DNA from: a candidate division FCPU426 bacterium
GTDB taxonomy: Bacteria; Oederibacteriota; Muellerivitia; Muellerivitales; Muellerivitaceae
Assembly (NCBI GenBank): GCA_963847625.1
Contig: CAWKAR010000019.1
Location: forward strand, 1-64,000
DNA length: 64,000 nt
Direction: 5' to 3'
The position numbers were made by a program, and so were the translations under genes. This document shows positions 9,569-19,056 of this stretch, piece by piece. The notes under the pieces were generated by a model that was given only the letters and a program-made list of their open reading frames with translations, did not search any database and was not told the DNA's origin. The stretch's first letter is position 1, and each line of letters begins with the position of its first letter.

Positions 9569-12115
9569 GTGAAATCGCCGGGAAAAATAGAAATGGCATT
9601 GAAAAAAAATATGGCTGGTTTCAATCGTCGTGCCCTTCGCATACCGCCGAAGCACAAGCCACGCAGACTGCTGAAACGCAAGCTACGGCGGGATCTCATG
9701 ACGCCCTTCCGGTTCTTTCTGGCAACTGTGGCCGCGTGGGCGGCACTATCTGCTTGCCTGGCGACCTTTCCCAATTTCAAGTGGTTGTTTCCTGGCATCG
9801 GCTTCTTGCCCTTCCAGCAGTCCTATGCGGTATTGGTGGCCGCTTTTCTGGCCATCGTCGCAGGTATGAGGTTTATGCCGGAAGGTGGCGGCCCCGCGTC
9901 GCCAAATTTGTCGCCGGGGTGGGCGCGTTTCTGGTTATTTTCGTTCCTGGCGGCCACGGCCGCCATGCGGTTGTACCATGCCAACATGGCGGAAGGCGCA
10001 TATTGGTGTGATGGCGCCATTGAGATCAAGGATATTCTCAACATTGCCGATTTTAAGGAATACAGTTTTATTATGCCGTGGGGAGGCCGGGAGCCGTTTT
10101 TCTCTTATCTCGGGGCGGTGGTACGGCATTTGCTTCCGGATGCTTCCGCCTTGTTTATCCAAAGATTTTCCCTGACCCTCATCGACATGGCGACCGTGTG
10201 GATTTGCTACCTCTTGGGGAAGGAAGTAAAGGGGAGGAGAGTAGGCGTTTTGTTGGCGGCCCTCGTCTCGATCAGCAAACCCATGATCCTGATGGACTTG
10301 GTCGGGTCGCGCCCGACGTGCATGGGGCTGGGCGTTTCACTCGCGTTGCTGTTCTTTTTCCGTTTGTTGCGAAAACCGGATATGGCCCACTTCCTCCAAT
10401 GGAGCGTGGCGGTCAGTTTCGGGATATACGGTTATTCGGCCTACCGGCCCTTTGTGCCTTTTTTCATTTTCGCCGTTTTGGCATGGGTTTTATATAGCGA
10501 GAAGCCGCGGGATTTGGACGCCGGGGGTAAGGTGTTGGCCGGCGGAATGGCCGTTTCCTTTTTGGTTTATTTCCTGTTTTTCAACGGTTATTGGCCGCAG
10601 GACGGCTGGCTTGCCCGCACGATCGCCGTTTCGGGTTTGTGGTTTCCGGGGATTGTTTTGGCCGTCCTGTTGATCTTGCTGGGGCGGTTCATATCCAACC
10701 CGCATCATCAGCGGAATCATTCGAAACTTATGGGTTGGGCCGTCGGCAGTTTCACGTGTTTTTTCCTGACCATTGCAATCATGACGAATCCGCTCATCAT
10801 AAATCGCCTCCAAAATTTATCGGTTTCGAATGGGGTTTTCAACTGGCAATTCCTGGAATCGGTCTTCCAGAAGTTATGTGTCACCTTGAGATTCCTGTTC
10901 ATCGGCGGGAGGGATCGGAGTGATTTCGAAATAGGGGGCGACGCTTTTTATGATTACCCTTCGATCGTTGTTATTGCACTGGGCCTGGCCTCTATGGTCG
11001 CAAGGCCAGGGTGGAAAAAAGGGACGCTTGTTTTGGCGGCCTTGGTGGGGGTTTCCACCCACGTTTTGTCCAACGATCCCCACAGCGGGAAAACGCTCGG
11101 ATCGGTTGTTCCGCTGCTGTTGCTGGGGTCCTTGGGAGCCGACCGTGTTTGGAGCGCCGCGGAAGAGCTTCCGCGGGGGCGTTGGCTTGGAAAGGTGGTG
11201 TTGGTTTTTTCTCTGGCATTCTGGGGTTGGTCCGCGTCGGTTAATTTCAACCGGATCTATGACCAATGGGCCGAAAGATGTTTCAGACCGGACGTTGTCG
11301 TGGCGCAGCAAGCTATCAAGGACGCCAAGGACTACAGGATTTACTTGGCGAATTTCGGGGATTATAAATCGGATTTTTGCGCCGGGGATACCCAAGCGAT
11401 TCTATTGGAAAGGCAACCGGTGCGCGTGTTGTTTGGGAGCAATCCGATTGATATGAAGCCCGGGGCGCAGGCAAAAGATGTTGTGGTGCTTCTATCCGCG
11501 ACAAATCAGCAAGGCTTGGAGGATCTCATCCGGCGGCAATATCCTACGGCCCAATGGTCCGAAGTATACAACCCTCCCCAAGCGTCGGAACATACGCGCG
11601 TGGCGTTGCGTGTTCAAATACCATTCGATGCCATTTCCGGAAACCCTGAAAAAAAGGCCGCGGGGGCCAATGTCAAAGCGCTTTTTTACCGGCGGAACGC
11701 CCCGGAACAGTCCTGGACGAGGATATACATTTTCGGCCATGCAGGCGTAAGAAATAGTTTCATTTGGTGGGAGGATCAAGCCACCGATCTCAACGCTCCC
11801 CATCCGGGTGAGGAAGGGGCCCACATCGCGGATTATACCGGCGATTTATACGTCAATCATCCGGATAAATACCGGATATTATTTAAATCGAGCAGCTATG
11901 TCATCCTATCCATCGATGGGAAGAAAATATTCGATGTACGCCCCTCCGGCGTTCCGGCGAAGATGGGAGAGAAAGTCATATCCCTTGAAGCCGGAAACCA
12001 CCATGTGGAGTTGATCACATATATTAGAAATGACCAGAACGTTCCGGAAGTGAGTATTATCAAGAAAGGAGATTTAGGACCGGGGCGGGTCATTTGGCAG
12101 GCTTCGCCATTGTAA
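9569..12115 (+). CDS. GT-C superfamily (ArnT/PMT-like) membrane glycosyltransferase with C-terminal PA14-like domain; true start may be downstream (~9697)
   Basis: Multi-TM core with acidic motif after TM (MRLY...WCDGAIE), YLLGKEVKGRRVGVLLAAL; C-terminal YTGDLYV..YRI..LSIDGKK..ISLEAGNHHVEL. Confidence 0.7.
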   Translation: MKSPGKIEMALKKNMAGFNRRALRIPPKHKPRRLLKRKLRRDLMTPFRFFLATVAAWAALSACLATFPNFKWLFPGIGFLPFQQSYAVLVAAFLAIVAGMRFMPEGGGPASPNLSPGWARFWLFSFLAATAAMRLYHANMAEGAYWCDGAIEIKDILNIADFKEYSFIMPWGGREPFFSYLGAVVRHLLPDASALFIQRFSLTLIDMATVWICYLLGKEVKGRRVGVLLAALVSISKPMILMDLVGSRPTCMGLGVSLALLFFFRLLRKPDMAHFLQWSVAVSFGIYGYSAYRPFVPFFIFAVLAWVLYSEKPRDLDAGGKVLAGGMAVSFLVYFLFFNGYWPQDGWLARTIAVSGLWFPGIVLAVLLILLGRFISNPHHQRNHSKLMGWAVGSFTCFFLTIAIMTNPLIINRLQNLSVSNGVFNWQFLESVFQKLCVTLRFLFIGGRDRSDFEIGGDAFYDYPSIVVIALGLASMVARPGWKKGTLVLAALVGVSTHVLSNDPHSGKTLGSVVPLLLLGSLGADRVWSAAEELPRGRWLGKVVLVFSLAFWGWSASVNFNRIYDQWAERCFRPDVVVAQQAIKDAKDYRIYLANFGDYKSDFCAGDTQAILLERQPVRVLFGSNPIDMKPGAQAKDVVVLLSATNQQGLEDLIRRQYPTAQWSEVYNPPQASEHTRVALRVQIPFDAISGNPEKKAAGANVKALFYRRNAPEQSWTRIYIFGHAGVRNSFIWWEDQATDLNAPHPGEEGAHIADYTGDLYVNHPDKYRILFKSSSYVILSIDGKKIFDVRPSGVPAKMGEKVISLEAGNHHVELITYIRNDQNVPEVSIIKKGDLGPGRVIWQASPL

Positions 12116-12318
12116 TATTCCCGGAGATGGCCCACCGTTCTCTCTATTATGCGTATGCAGGCAAAGATGAGTTGGCTTCGCAACCCTTATCCTGCGATGG
12201 TTTCCCAGGTAGTGTTTTATCAGGCCCAAAAATCAGGTCATAGGCACCCCCTTTTTCGATAAACTTGTTTCGTGCTTGCCGGTGAAAATGGAGTAAATTT
12301 CGGCGGGAAAGGAATGAA

Positions 12319-14880
12319 ATGCCTCATCGCCACGGTGTCGCTCGCTTGAAGTCAATGAAATCCACGACTTCCGGTCCGGCCGCCGGTTCCGGTTTTATCT
12401 TTTTTTGTGTTCAAGCCGCCATCTTGGCTGCCGCAGGTGAATTGGGGCTTTCACGCAATGGGGATCCCCGGACGTTGTGGCCGGGACTCGTTATGTTCGT
12501 GGGAGCGTCGATTAGTTTTTGGTTTGCCGTCCGCCTGGGAAACGGACAAAAAACCGTCCGGCTTTCTGTCCGCCCGGCGTTGGAGTGGGTTTTCGCAGGC
12601 GCCATCCTTCTGGCGGCAGCTTTCCTGCGCACGTGGCGCATTACAGAGTTACCACCGGGGCTTTTTATTGACCAGGGATACCAGGCTTATTCGGCGCTTC
12701 GGGCCCTCCACGAGCACTTTCGCCCTTTTTACGATTCATGCACCTTTTGGCAGATGCCAGCCCAAACCTTTTACACCTTGGCCGGATGGTTCGCCTTTTT
12801 CGGTCCCTCAGAAGTTTCCTCGCGGCTTTATTTTGTATTCGTGGCGCTGGCCGCCATGCCGTTCATCTACTGGGTCTTCCGCCAACTGGCCGGGCCCCGC
12901 GCGGCCTTGATCGCGCTCTTTGTTTTGGCAGTCATGCGGTGGCACTTGAACTTCAGCCGAAACAGTTTTTTGGCCATCCAAATGCCCCTGTTTATGTTCT
13001 CCACCCTGGCTTTTTTCCTCTATGGGTTCCGCACGGCCAGGCGGTGGCCTTGGGTTGTCGCCGGAGTATGTTTGGCAGCCGGTATGTATCAATATTATTC
13101 TTATTACGTTTTTCCACTCCTGACTGCTGTCTACGGTGCCTATGAATACCTCCATGACCGGAAGAAATTCCGAAGCCGGGCACTTTCGATGGGAATCTTC
13201 GCCCTAGTGGCATTCGCGGGCGCCATGCCCCTGTTCAGGTATTGGATGGTCCAGGGAACGATCAGCCAGAGGTACGATCAGGTGAGCATCTTCCACAACC
13301 AAGGGTTCCGCGCGTCCCTTTCCGGCTTGGCCAAAAATGCCGCCTCCACCGCCTTGATGTTCAACCGCAGGGGCGACGATAACCCCAGGCACAATTGGGT
13401 GGGGGCACCTCAACTTGAACCCGTGGGAGGAGCCCTGTTTGCCCTGGGTTTTTTATACGCTTTGTCCCGGTGGCGTCAACGGGAGTATTTCTACGCGCTC
13501 TCGGGCTTGGGCATCATGTGTTTGCCCGGTTTGATCGGCACAGAGGCTCCGCATGCCTACCGCACCCTGGGCGCCGTTCCTTTCGCAGCGTTCCTCTGCG
13601 CGGTGCCATTGGCCGTTTTCTGGGACCAGATGGAGGAATGGGACTGGAAAAGCGCCCGGCGGACCGCCCTGGCCGTCTTGGCCGTGGCGCTTTCACTGAT
13701 GACGTGGAACAACCTTCAACAGTATTTCATCCTGCATCCCCGGGATAAGACCATGTGGAACGCCTACGACCCCGTCCCAACAGCCATCGGAAGGCGCATC
13801 GCGGCCGACGGCGACCGTTACGACCATTACGTCGCACCCTCCATCGTGAACCACTGCACCATCGCGTTCCTGGGTTACTTCCATAAAGCAGAACGCAGAA
13901 ACCTGGACATTCCCGAATGCCTCGCTCACTTACAAACCTCACAGGGCCGGGGCGCGGAATACGACATCGACTTCCGGAAGCAAGGCATCCGTGACCTCCT
14001 GAAAAGCCTGTATCCGAACGGCCAGGAAGAGATTTTGCGTGATTGGGACGGAAAGCCGTATTTAACTTTTTTCAGTGTGCCGCCGAATCTGGCGGACTCA
14101 ACGCGGGGGTTGAAAGCCGTTTTCCACCCGTCCGGACGAGAAACCACATTGTCCCGTTTCCCCGACGACCTGCCCGCCGGTCCTTGGACCGGAGATTTTC
14201 AAGGCTGTGTATTCGCCGACCGGGAGGGGTGGTGGGCTTTCGACGTCCAGTCCGACGGTGATCTTGATGCGTGGATCGCCGGGAAACGACTTATCCGGGG
14301 CAAAAAACTGAAGCTCGCCAGGGGTTTTTATTCGATGCGCCTGCACTGGACGGTCCGGCCCGGACCAGCGAAAATTCATTTGTCAGCCAGAAAACCCGGC
14401 GGTAGCCGGCAAACGTTGGATGCTAGCTGCCTGACCACCCTTCCGTTGAACCGCGGGCTCCAAGCGGTGTATGGAACGGCTTCGAGCCAAGAACACCTTT
14501 CCTATGCACGCGATTTCCGGACCCAAGTCCAATGGGAACCGGTCCTGGATTATGAGAGCAACTTCGATTTGTTGGTCCAGCACAACTGGGGGGCGGTAAG
14601 TTGGAAAGGGCGTCTCCTGGCGCCCGTTACGGGCGACTACCGGTTCCAACTCCAGTCCAAATCGCTGTTTCGTTTCAACCTGGATGGCGCCCCTCCCAAA
14701 TCGGAGGCTGCCATTAATACCTGGTTCGCGCACCTGACAGCGGGCGCCCACACCGTAAGGATCCAGGCGGATAAGTTCGAGGGGGAACAAGGCATCGTTT
14801 TTTCCTGGAAGCGGCCGGGCGATCACGATTTTCAGGTCATCCCTATCACCGCGTTCGGTGAAACCGAGACGGGCTATTAA
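12319..14880 (+). CDS. GT-C superfamily (ArnT/PMT-like) glycosyltransferase with tandem PA14-like domains
   Basis: FLRTWRITELPPGLFIDQG, RQLAGPRAALIALFVLAVMRWHLNFSR; C-terminal WKGRLLAPVTGDYRF..HLTAGAHTVRI..FSWKRPG. Confidence 0.8.
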   Translation: MPHRHGVARLKSMKSTTSGPAAGSGFIFFCVQAAILAAAGELGLSRNGDPRTLWPGLVMFVGASISFWFAVRLGNGQKTVRLSVRPALEWVFAGAILLAAAFLRTWRITELPPGLFIDQGYQAYSALRALHEHFRPFYDSCTFWQMPAQTFYTLAGWFAFFGPSEVSSRLYFVFVALAAMPFIYWVFRQLAGPRAALIALFVLAVMRWHLNFSRNSFLAIQMPLFMFSTLAFFLYGFRTARRWPWVVAGVCLAAGMYQYYSYYVFPLLTAVYGAYEYLHDRKKFRSRALSMGIFALVAFAGAMPLFRYWMVQGTISQRYDQVSIFHNQGFRASLSGLAKNAASTALMFNRRGDDNPRHNWVGAPQLEPVGGALFALGFLYALSRWRQREYFYALSGLGIMCLPGLIGTEAPHAYRTLGAVPFAAFLCAVPLAVFWDQMEEWDWKSARRTALAVLAVALSLMTWNNLQQYFILHPRDKTMWNAYDPVPTAIGRRIAADGDRYDHYVAPSIVNHCTIAFLGYFHKAERRNLDIPECLAHLQTSQGRGAEYDIDFRKQGIRDLLKSLYPNGQEEILRDWDGKPYLTFFSVPPNLADSTRGLKAVFHPSGRETTLSRFPDDLPAGPWTGDFQGCVFADREGWWAFDVQSDGDLDAWIAGKRLIRGKKLKLARGFYSMRLHWTVRPGPAKIHLSARKPGGSRQTLDASCLTTLPLNRGLQAVYGTASSQEHLSYARDFRTQVQWEPVLDYESNFDLLVQHNWGAVSWKGRLLAPVTGDYRFQLQSKSLFRFNLDGAPPKSEAAINTWFAHLTAGAHTVRIQADKFEGEQGIVFSWKRPGDHDFQVIPITAFGETETGY

Positions 14881-15193
14881 TGATATTCCCATAAGGGCGC
14901 ATCTAAAAATATTGACTTTGTCGTCTTTGTGCCGATTTTCCATATATAACCAATATTCGGAAATCGGTGCTATACCGGGTCGATTCCCCTATGGAACCGA
15001 CACATCCAAATTCACGTGCCTCGGCTGGAACCCTCGGCACAGGAGACCTCTTTAAATATTTTATGGAAGGGAACGGCTTTACCCCATTCCAGTGGGGGCC
15101 CTGCCCCTCGCTGCGGTGTGAGGCCCTGCTCCGAAGTGCGGCCGGTGGAGTTCGCGATAACATCTTAAAAGTCGAATTTTCAAAGGTACCCTT

Positions 15194-16123
15194 TTACTGC
15201 AGCCTGCAGGTTTCAAGAATTTCTCGGGCGCCGTTCCGCAAAAAATACCCGGCTAGTGATTCGCCTAATTCAAAGGGAGTTCGCGACGATCCTTTAACAC
15301 GATGGCGCAATATCGGCTCACCTTTGGGATGGGCGATAAGCCCCGAAAGAATCAGCGTTTCACCCTCGACTCGGGCCAGGGCCCCCACCGGGACGCGGCA
15401 TCCACCTTGGAGTTTTTTTAAAAAAGCCCTTTCCGCTTCAGCGCATACCCGGGTCGGTGGATCGTTCAATTTCCCCAATTTATCGAAAAGCTCCCTGTTT
15501 TCACGGAGCAGGGTCACGCATAGGATGCCTTGAGCCGGCGCTGGCAGGAATATTTCCGGATCCAACAATTCGGTGATTTCCGTTTGCCGGCCCAAACGTT
15601 GAAGGCCGGCGGCGGCTACAACGATGGCATCCACTTCCCCATCCCTGAGTTTTTTGATGCGGGTGTCCACGTTCCCCCGCAAGGCAGTAACTACCAGGTC
15701 GGGCCGTGCCGCGCGGATTTGGGCTTCCCGCCGGGGGGAGCTAGTGCCGATTCTTGACCCGGCGGGAAGTTCACGGAACATCCGGTTGCCGGCGGAGATG
15801 AGCGCATCCCGGGGTTCCCCCCTCCGAAGAATGGCTCCGTACACTATTCCTTCCGGAAGGGCGGTCGGCACGTCTTTCAGGCTATGAACGGCCGCCTGGA
15901 TCCGTCCCGAAAGAAGGGCTTCATCTAATTCCCGGGTGAAAACTCCCTGGGGGCTGATTTCCATGGATATTGCTTCTTGTGAAACACCGAGACGATCGTC
16001 CGAAGTTTTGATGATTTCAAGGCGAACCTCTTCCCCGGGCAATAGCCCTGCTATCTGCAAGCGGACTGTCTCCGCCTGGGCAATGGCTAAGGAGCTTCCC
16101 CGGGTACCGAGCAGAATATTCAT
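15194..16123 (-). CDS. hemC: Hydroxymethylbilane synthase (porphobilinogen deaminase)
   Basis: GTRGSSLA, AVHSLKDVP, IGTSSPRR, LRGNVDTR, GGCRVPVG (cofactor Cys). Confidence 0.97.
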   Translation of the reverse strand: MNILLGTRGSSLAIAQAETVRLQIAGLLPGEEVRLEIIKTSDDRLGVSQEAISMEISPQGVFTRELDEALLSGRIQAAVHSLKDVPTALPEGIVYGAILRRGEPRDALISAGNRMFRELPAGSRIGTSSPRREAQIRAARPDLVVTALRGNVDTRIKKLRDGEVDAIVVAAAGLQRLGRQTEITELLDPEIFLPAPAQGILCVTLLRENRELFDKLGKLNDPPTRVCAEAERAFLKKLQGGCRVPVGALARVEGETLILSGLIAHPKGEPILRHRVKGSSRTPFELGESLAGYFLRNGAREILETCRLQ

Positions 16124-16135
16124 AGGCTGGGAGCC

Positions 16136-17410
16136 TTATTCATTTTCGGGATTTTCGGTTAACGCGAAGATCTCATTGAGCATCCGGGCGTACTCGAGGC
16201 GGTTGCGCTCCGTTTTCACCTTTTTCAAATTGACCGATGGCTCGTGTAGCAAGCGCGCGGTCAGATCATGGGCGAGACGTTCCACCGCTTTTCTTACATT
16301 CTCCGGTAGGTTGGGATGTTTTTTCAGGAATTCTTTCAACTCCATCCGTCTCACTTCCTCAAAACGGTCCCTCAACCTCACCACGGTCGGTACCAATTCC
16401 AGCGAGTTGTACCAGGAGCAAAGCTTTTCCACTTCCTCGCGCAGGATGGCCTCGGCCGATTTCACGGCTTTCATCCGCCCGGCGCGGTTGGCTTCCGCGA
16501 GGCCCGCTAAATTGTCGATATTGTAAAGATAGACCGATTCGATTTTCCCCGCCCCGGGGTCCACGTTCCGGGGCACGGCGATATCGATGATTAAGAGGGG
16601 TTTCCCATTCCGGTTTTTCATGGCCGTTTCAACTTGTTCCCGGGCCAATTGGAATTTTCCGCCGCCCACCGAAGTCACCACGATGTCCATCCCATCCATC
16701 CGGTTCACCCCCCCCTCCAGGGTCAGGGCTTCACCGCCCAGCTTCGCGGCGAGGATTTTCGCCTTCTCCAGGGTCCTGTTGGCGATGAAAAGGCCCTGCA
16801 CGCCGGCGTCGGTGAGGTACTTGGCCGTCAGTTCCCCCATCTCACCCGCGCCCAAAAGCAGGACCCGGTGGCAGGACAAATCGCTGAAAATCTTGCCGGC
16901 TAGGTCCACCGCCACGCTGGAAACGTTGGTGGGCATCCGGGTGATCTCCGTCTGGGCGCGCACCCTCTTGGCGGCGGAAAAAGCCCTGTGGAAAACGCCG
17001 TGTAAAACGGCTCCGACCATGGAGCCGCAATAGGCTTGCCGGAAGGCATCCTTAACCTGTCCGAGGATTTGGGCTTCCCCCACCACCATGGAATCCAGGG
17101 AGCTCGCCACCCGGAAGAGATGGAGAAATGCGTCCGGGCCCTCGTAAAAGTAAAAATACTTTTGGATTTCAGGGGGTTTCAACCGGTGGATTCGTCCCAA
17201 AACCTTCCGAATCCTAGCCAGGCACTGCCTTTCGGCGTCCGTGGCAACGTAAAATTCCACCCGGTTGCAAGTGGAAAGGAATACCGCCTCGGCCGCCGAG
17301 GGCTTTAATTCCCCGAGAACTTTCAAAACCTTTTCGGGCGGCAAGGTGTACTTTTCCCGGGTTGGAAGCGGCGCTGTCCTATGATTCATTCCGTAGGCAA
17401 TGAACTTCAT
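16136..17410 (-). CDS. hemA: Glutamyl-tRNA reductase (start reassigned to MKFIAYG at 17410)
   Basis: GMNHRTAP, LSTCNRVE, SLDSMVVGEAQILGQVK, GAGEMG, IDIAVPRNV. Confidence 0.97.
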   Translation of the reverse strand: MKFIAYGMNHRTAPLPTREKYTLPPEKVLKVLGELKPSAAEAVFLSTCNRVEFYVATDAERQCLARIRKVLGRIHRLKPPEIQKYFYFYEGPDAFLHLFRVASSLDSMVVGEAQILGQVKDAFRQAYCGSMVGAVLHGVFHRAFSAAKRVRAQTEITRMPTNVSSVAVDLAGKIFSDLSCHRVLLLGAGEMGELTAKYLTDAGVQGLFIANRTLEKAKILAAKLGGEALTLEGGVNRMDGMDIVVTSVGGGKFQLAREQVETAMKNRNGKPLLIIDIAVPRNVDPGAGKIESVYLYNIDNLAGLAEANRAGRMKAVKSAEAILREEVEKLCSWYNSLELVPTVVRLRDRFEEVRRMELKEFLKKHPNLPENVRKAVERLAHDLTARLLHEPSVNLKKVKTERNRLEYARMLNEIFALTENPENE

Positions 17411-17586
17411 CCGATTTTCCTTAGGGGGCTGCTGATCTCCCCAAACCTTCCAAAATTCTATTAAAGAAGCCGGTATAGCGCCGATTTTCATATCAGTCTT
17501 ATCGAGAATCGACGCATGGCCTTTATCATTGCTTTTCAAAGAGGCACGGGAAAAAAGTTTGTTTTAGGGACTTTTTCAGCAACTTG

Positions 17587-19056
17587 TTAAAAAAGGGTTG
17601 AAGCCGCCCATCGGGCATAATCCATGACGGGTGCCGGCCAAAACCCCAATGTCACGGTCACCAAAATACAAATGACCAAAACAAGCTTTTCTAACAGCCC
17701 CATCTCGATTGGCGATGGGTCCTTCGCCTCGACAACCAACGCTTGGCGGACTACCTGGAGGTAATAATAAAGTGAAACAACGCTGAAAATCATGCCTACT
17801 AAGGCCAACCAAGTATAACCTTTGGAAATGGCCGCGCTGAAAAGATACCACTTACCCGCGAATCCGGCGAAGGGAGGAACCCCGGCCAATGATAGCAGGC
17901 AAACCAGCAGGGCCGCCCCGATCAAAGGGGACCTTTTCCACATGCCCGCGAAATCCTCTATTTTTTCGCTGCCCGTTTTTGCGGATACCACCGCGATGGC
18001 CAGGAAAACGCCCATATTGGCGAATAGGTAAATGAAAAGGTAGAAAAGGACCGCCGTTAAACCCAGGTTTCCTCCCGCTAAAAAACCGGCTGAAATATAA
18101 CCAGCCTGCGCGATAGAGGAATAGGCCATCAACCTTTTCAGGTTTGTTTGGGGAATGGCTTCTAAATTTCCTAAAACGATGCTGATGGCCGCCAGCACCG
18201 CGAAAAGCCCGGCCCAAACAACCTGGAGAGCAGGCGCTGGAAGCCCGACCCAGAAAAGTCTGATGAAGGCCGCGAAACCGGCGGTTTTTGACGCGGTGGA
18301 AAGGTAGGCGGTGATCGGAGTAGGCGCCCCCTCGTAAACGTCCGGGGTCCACATATGGAAGGGAGCCAACGAAATTTTGAAAGCCAACCCGCCGATCACG
18401 AGAATCAAAGCCAAGACCGCCAGGGAAGATGAGGGTTGGCCCAATAATTTATTTCCTATATCGGCAATGAGGGTCGTGCCGGTCAAACCATAAAGATACG
18501 AAAAGCCGAAAAGAAGCAGGGCGGATGAAAAGGCCCCGATCAGGAGGTATTTCATCCCCGCCTCATTGCTGAAGCTGTCTTTTTTCATGAAGGAAGCCAA
18601 GAGATAGCTGCTGATGGTCAGTGTCTCCAATGAAATATAGAGCGTGATGATTTCCTGCGCCGAAGCCAGGGCCGATGCGCCCGCGGCCGAGAAAAGCAGT
18701 ATGGCAAGGAATTCCGGGAGATAGGGGGTGGGTCTGGCCTTGAAATAGCGGGAAGCAATCAGGAGCGTGAAAAGGGCGGCCAATAGGATTAAAAGCTTGA
18801 AAAAAAAAGCCAACCGGTCGGTTTTTAAGAAACCGGCGAAAGTTTGGATGGAATCAGGCATAGCGCCATTTCCAACGCAATAACCGAAACCTCCCAGGCA
18901 TGGCAAGGCCCATATAGCGCCCAGTACGCCCAGGGTCGCGATCCAAAAAAATATTCTTTTCTTGGATTCCCCTTCCAAGAAAAGATCAGAAAGAAGGATG
19001 AGAACCGCCGCGCCGACCAGACATAGCTCGGGTAGAAAAACTTGATATTGGATCAC
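17587..19056 (-). CDS. nuoN: NADH-quinone oxidoreductase subunit N
   Basis: EAGMKYLL, FKISLAPFHMWTPDVYEGAP, KRLMAYSSIAQAGY; last gene of nuo operon. Confidence 0.95.
   Translation of the reverse strand: MIQYQVFLPELCLVGAAVLILLSDLFLEGESKKRIFFWIATLGVLGAIWALPCLGGFGYCVGNGAMPDSIQTFAGFLKTDRLAFFFKLLILLAALFTLLIASRYFKARPTPYLPEFLAILLFSAAGASALASAQEIITLYISLETLTISSYLLASFMKKDSFSNEAGMKYLLIGAFSSALLLFGFSYLYGLTGTTLIADIGNKLLGQPSSSLAVLALILVIGGLAFKISLAPFHMWTPDVYEGAPTPITAYLSTASKTAGFAAFIRLFWVGLPAPALQVVWAGLFAVLAAISIVLGNLEAIPQTNLKRLMAYSSIAQAGYISAGFLAGGNLGLTAVLFYLFIYLFANMGVFLAIAVVSAKTGSEKIEDFAGMWKRSPLIGAALLVCLLSLAGVPPFAGFAGKWYLFSAAISKGYTWLALVGMIFSVVSLYYYLQVVRQALVVEAKDPSPIEMGLLEKLVLVICILVTVTLGFWPAPVMDYARWAASTLF

Noticed and set aside
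14967..15533. 188-aa + strand ORF
   Set aside because: Mostly antisense to hemC, with no recognisable domain
17411..17539. N-terminal extension of HemA in the ORF track (similar extensions for NuoJ, NuoL, LptD)
   Set aside because: Family homology and SD placement begin at downstream Met codons; extensions are longest-ORF artefacts
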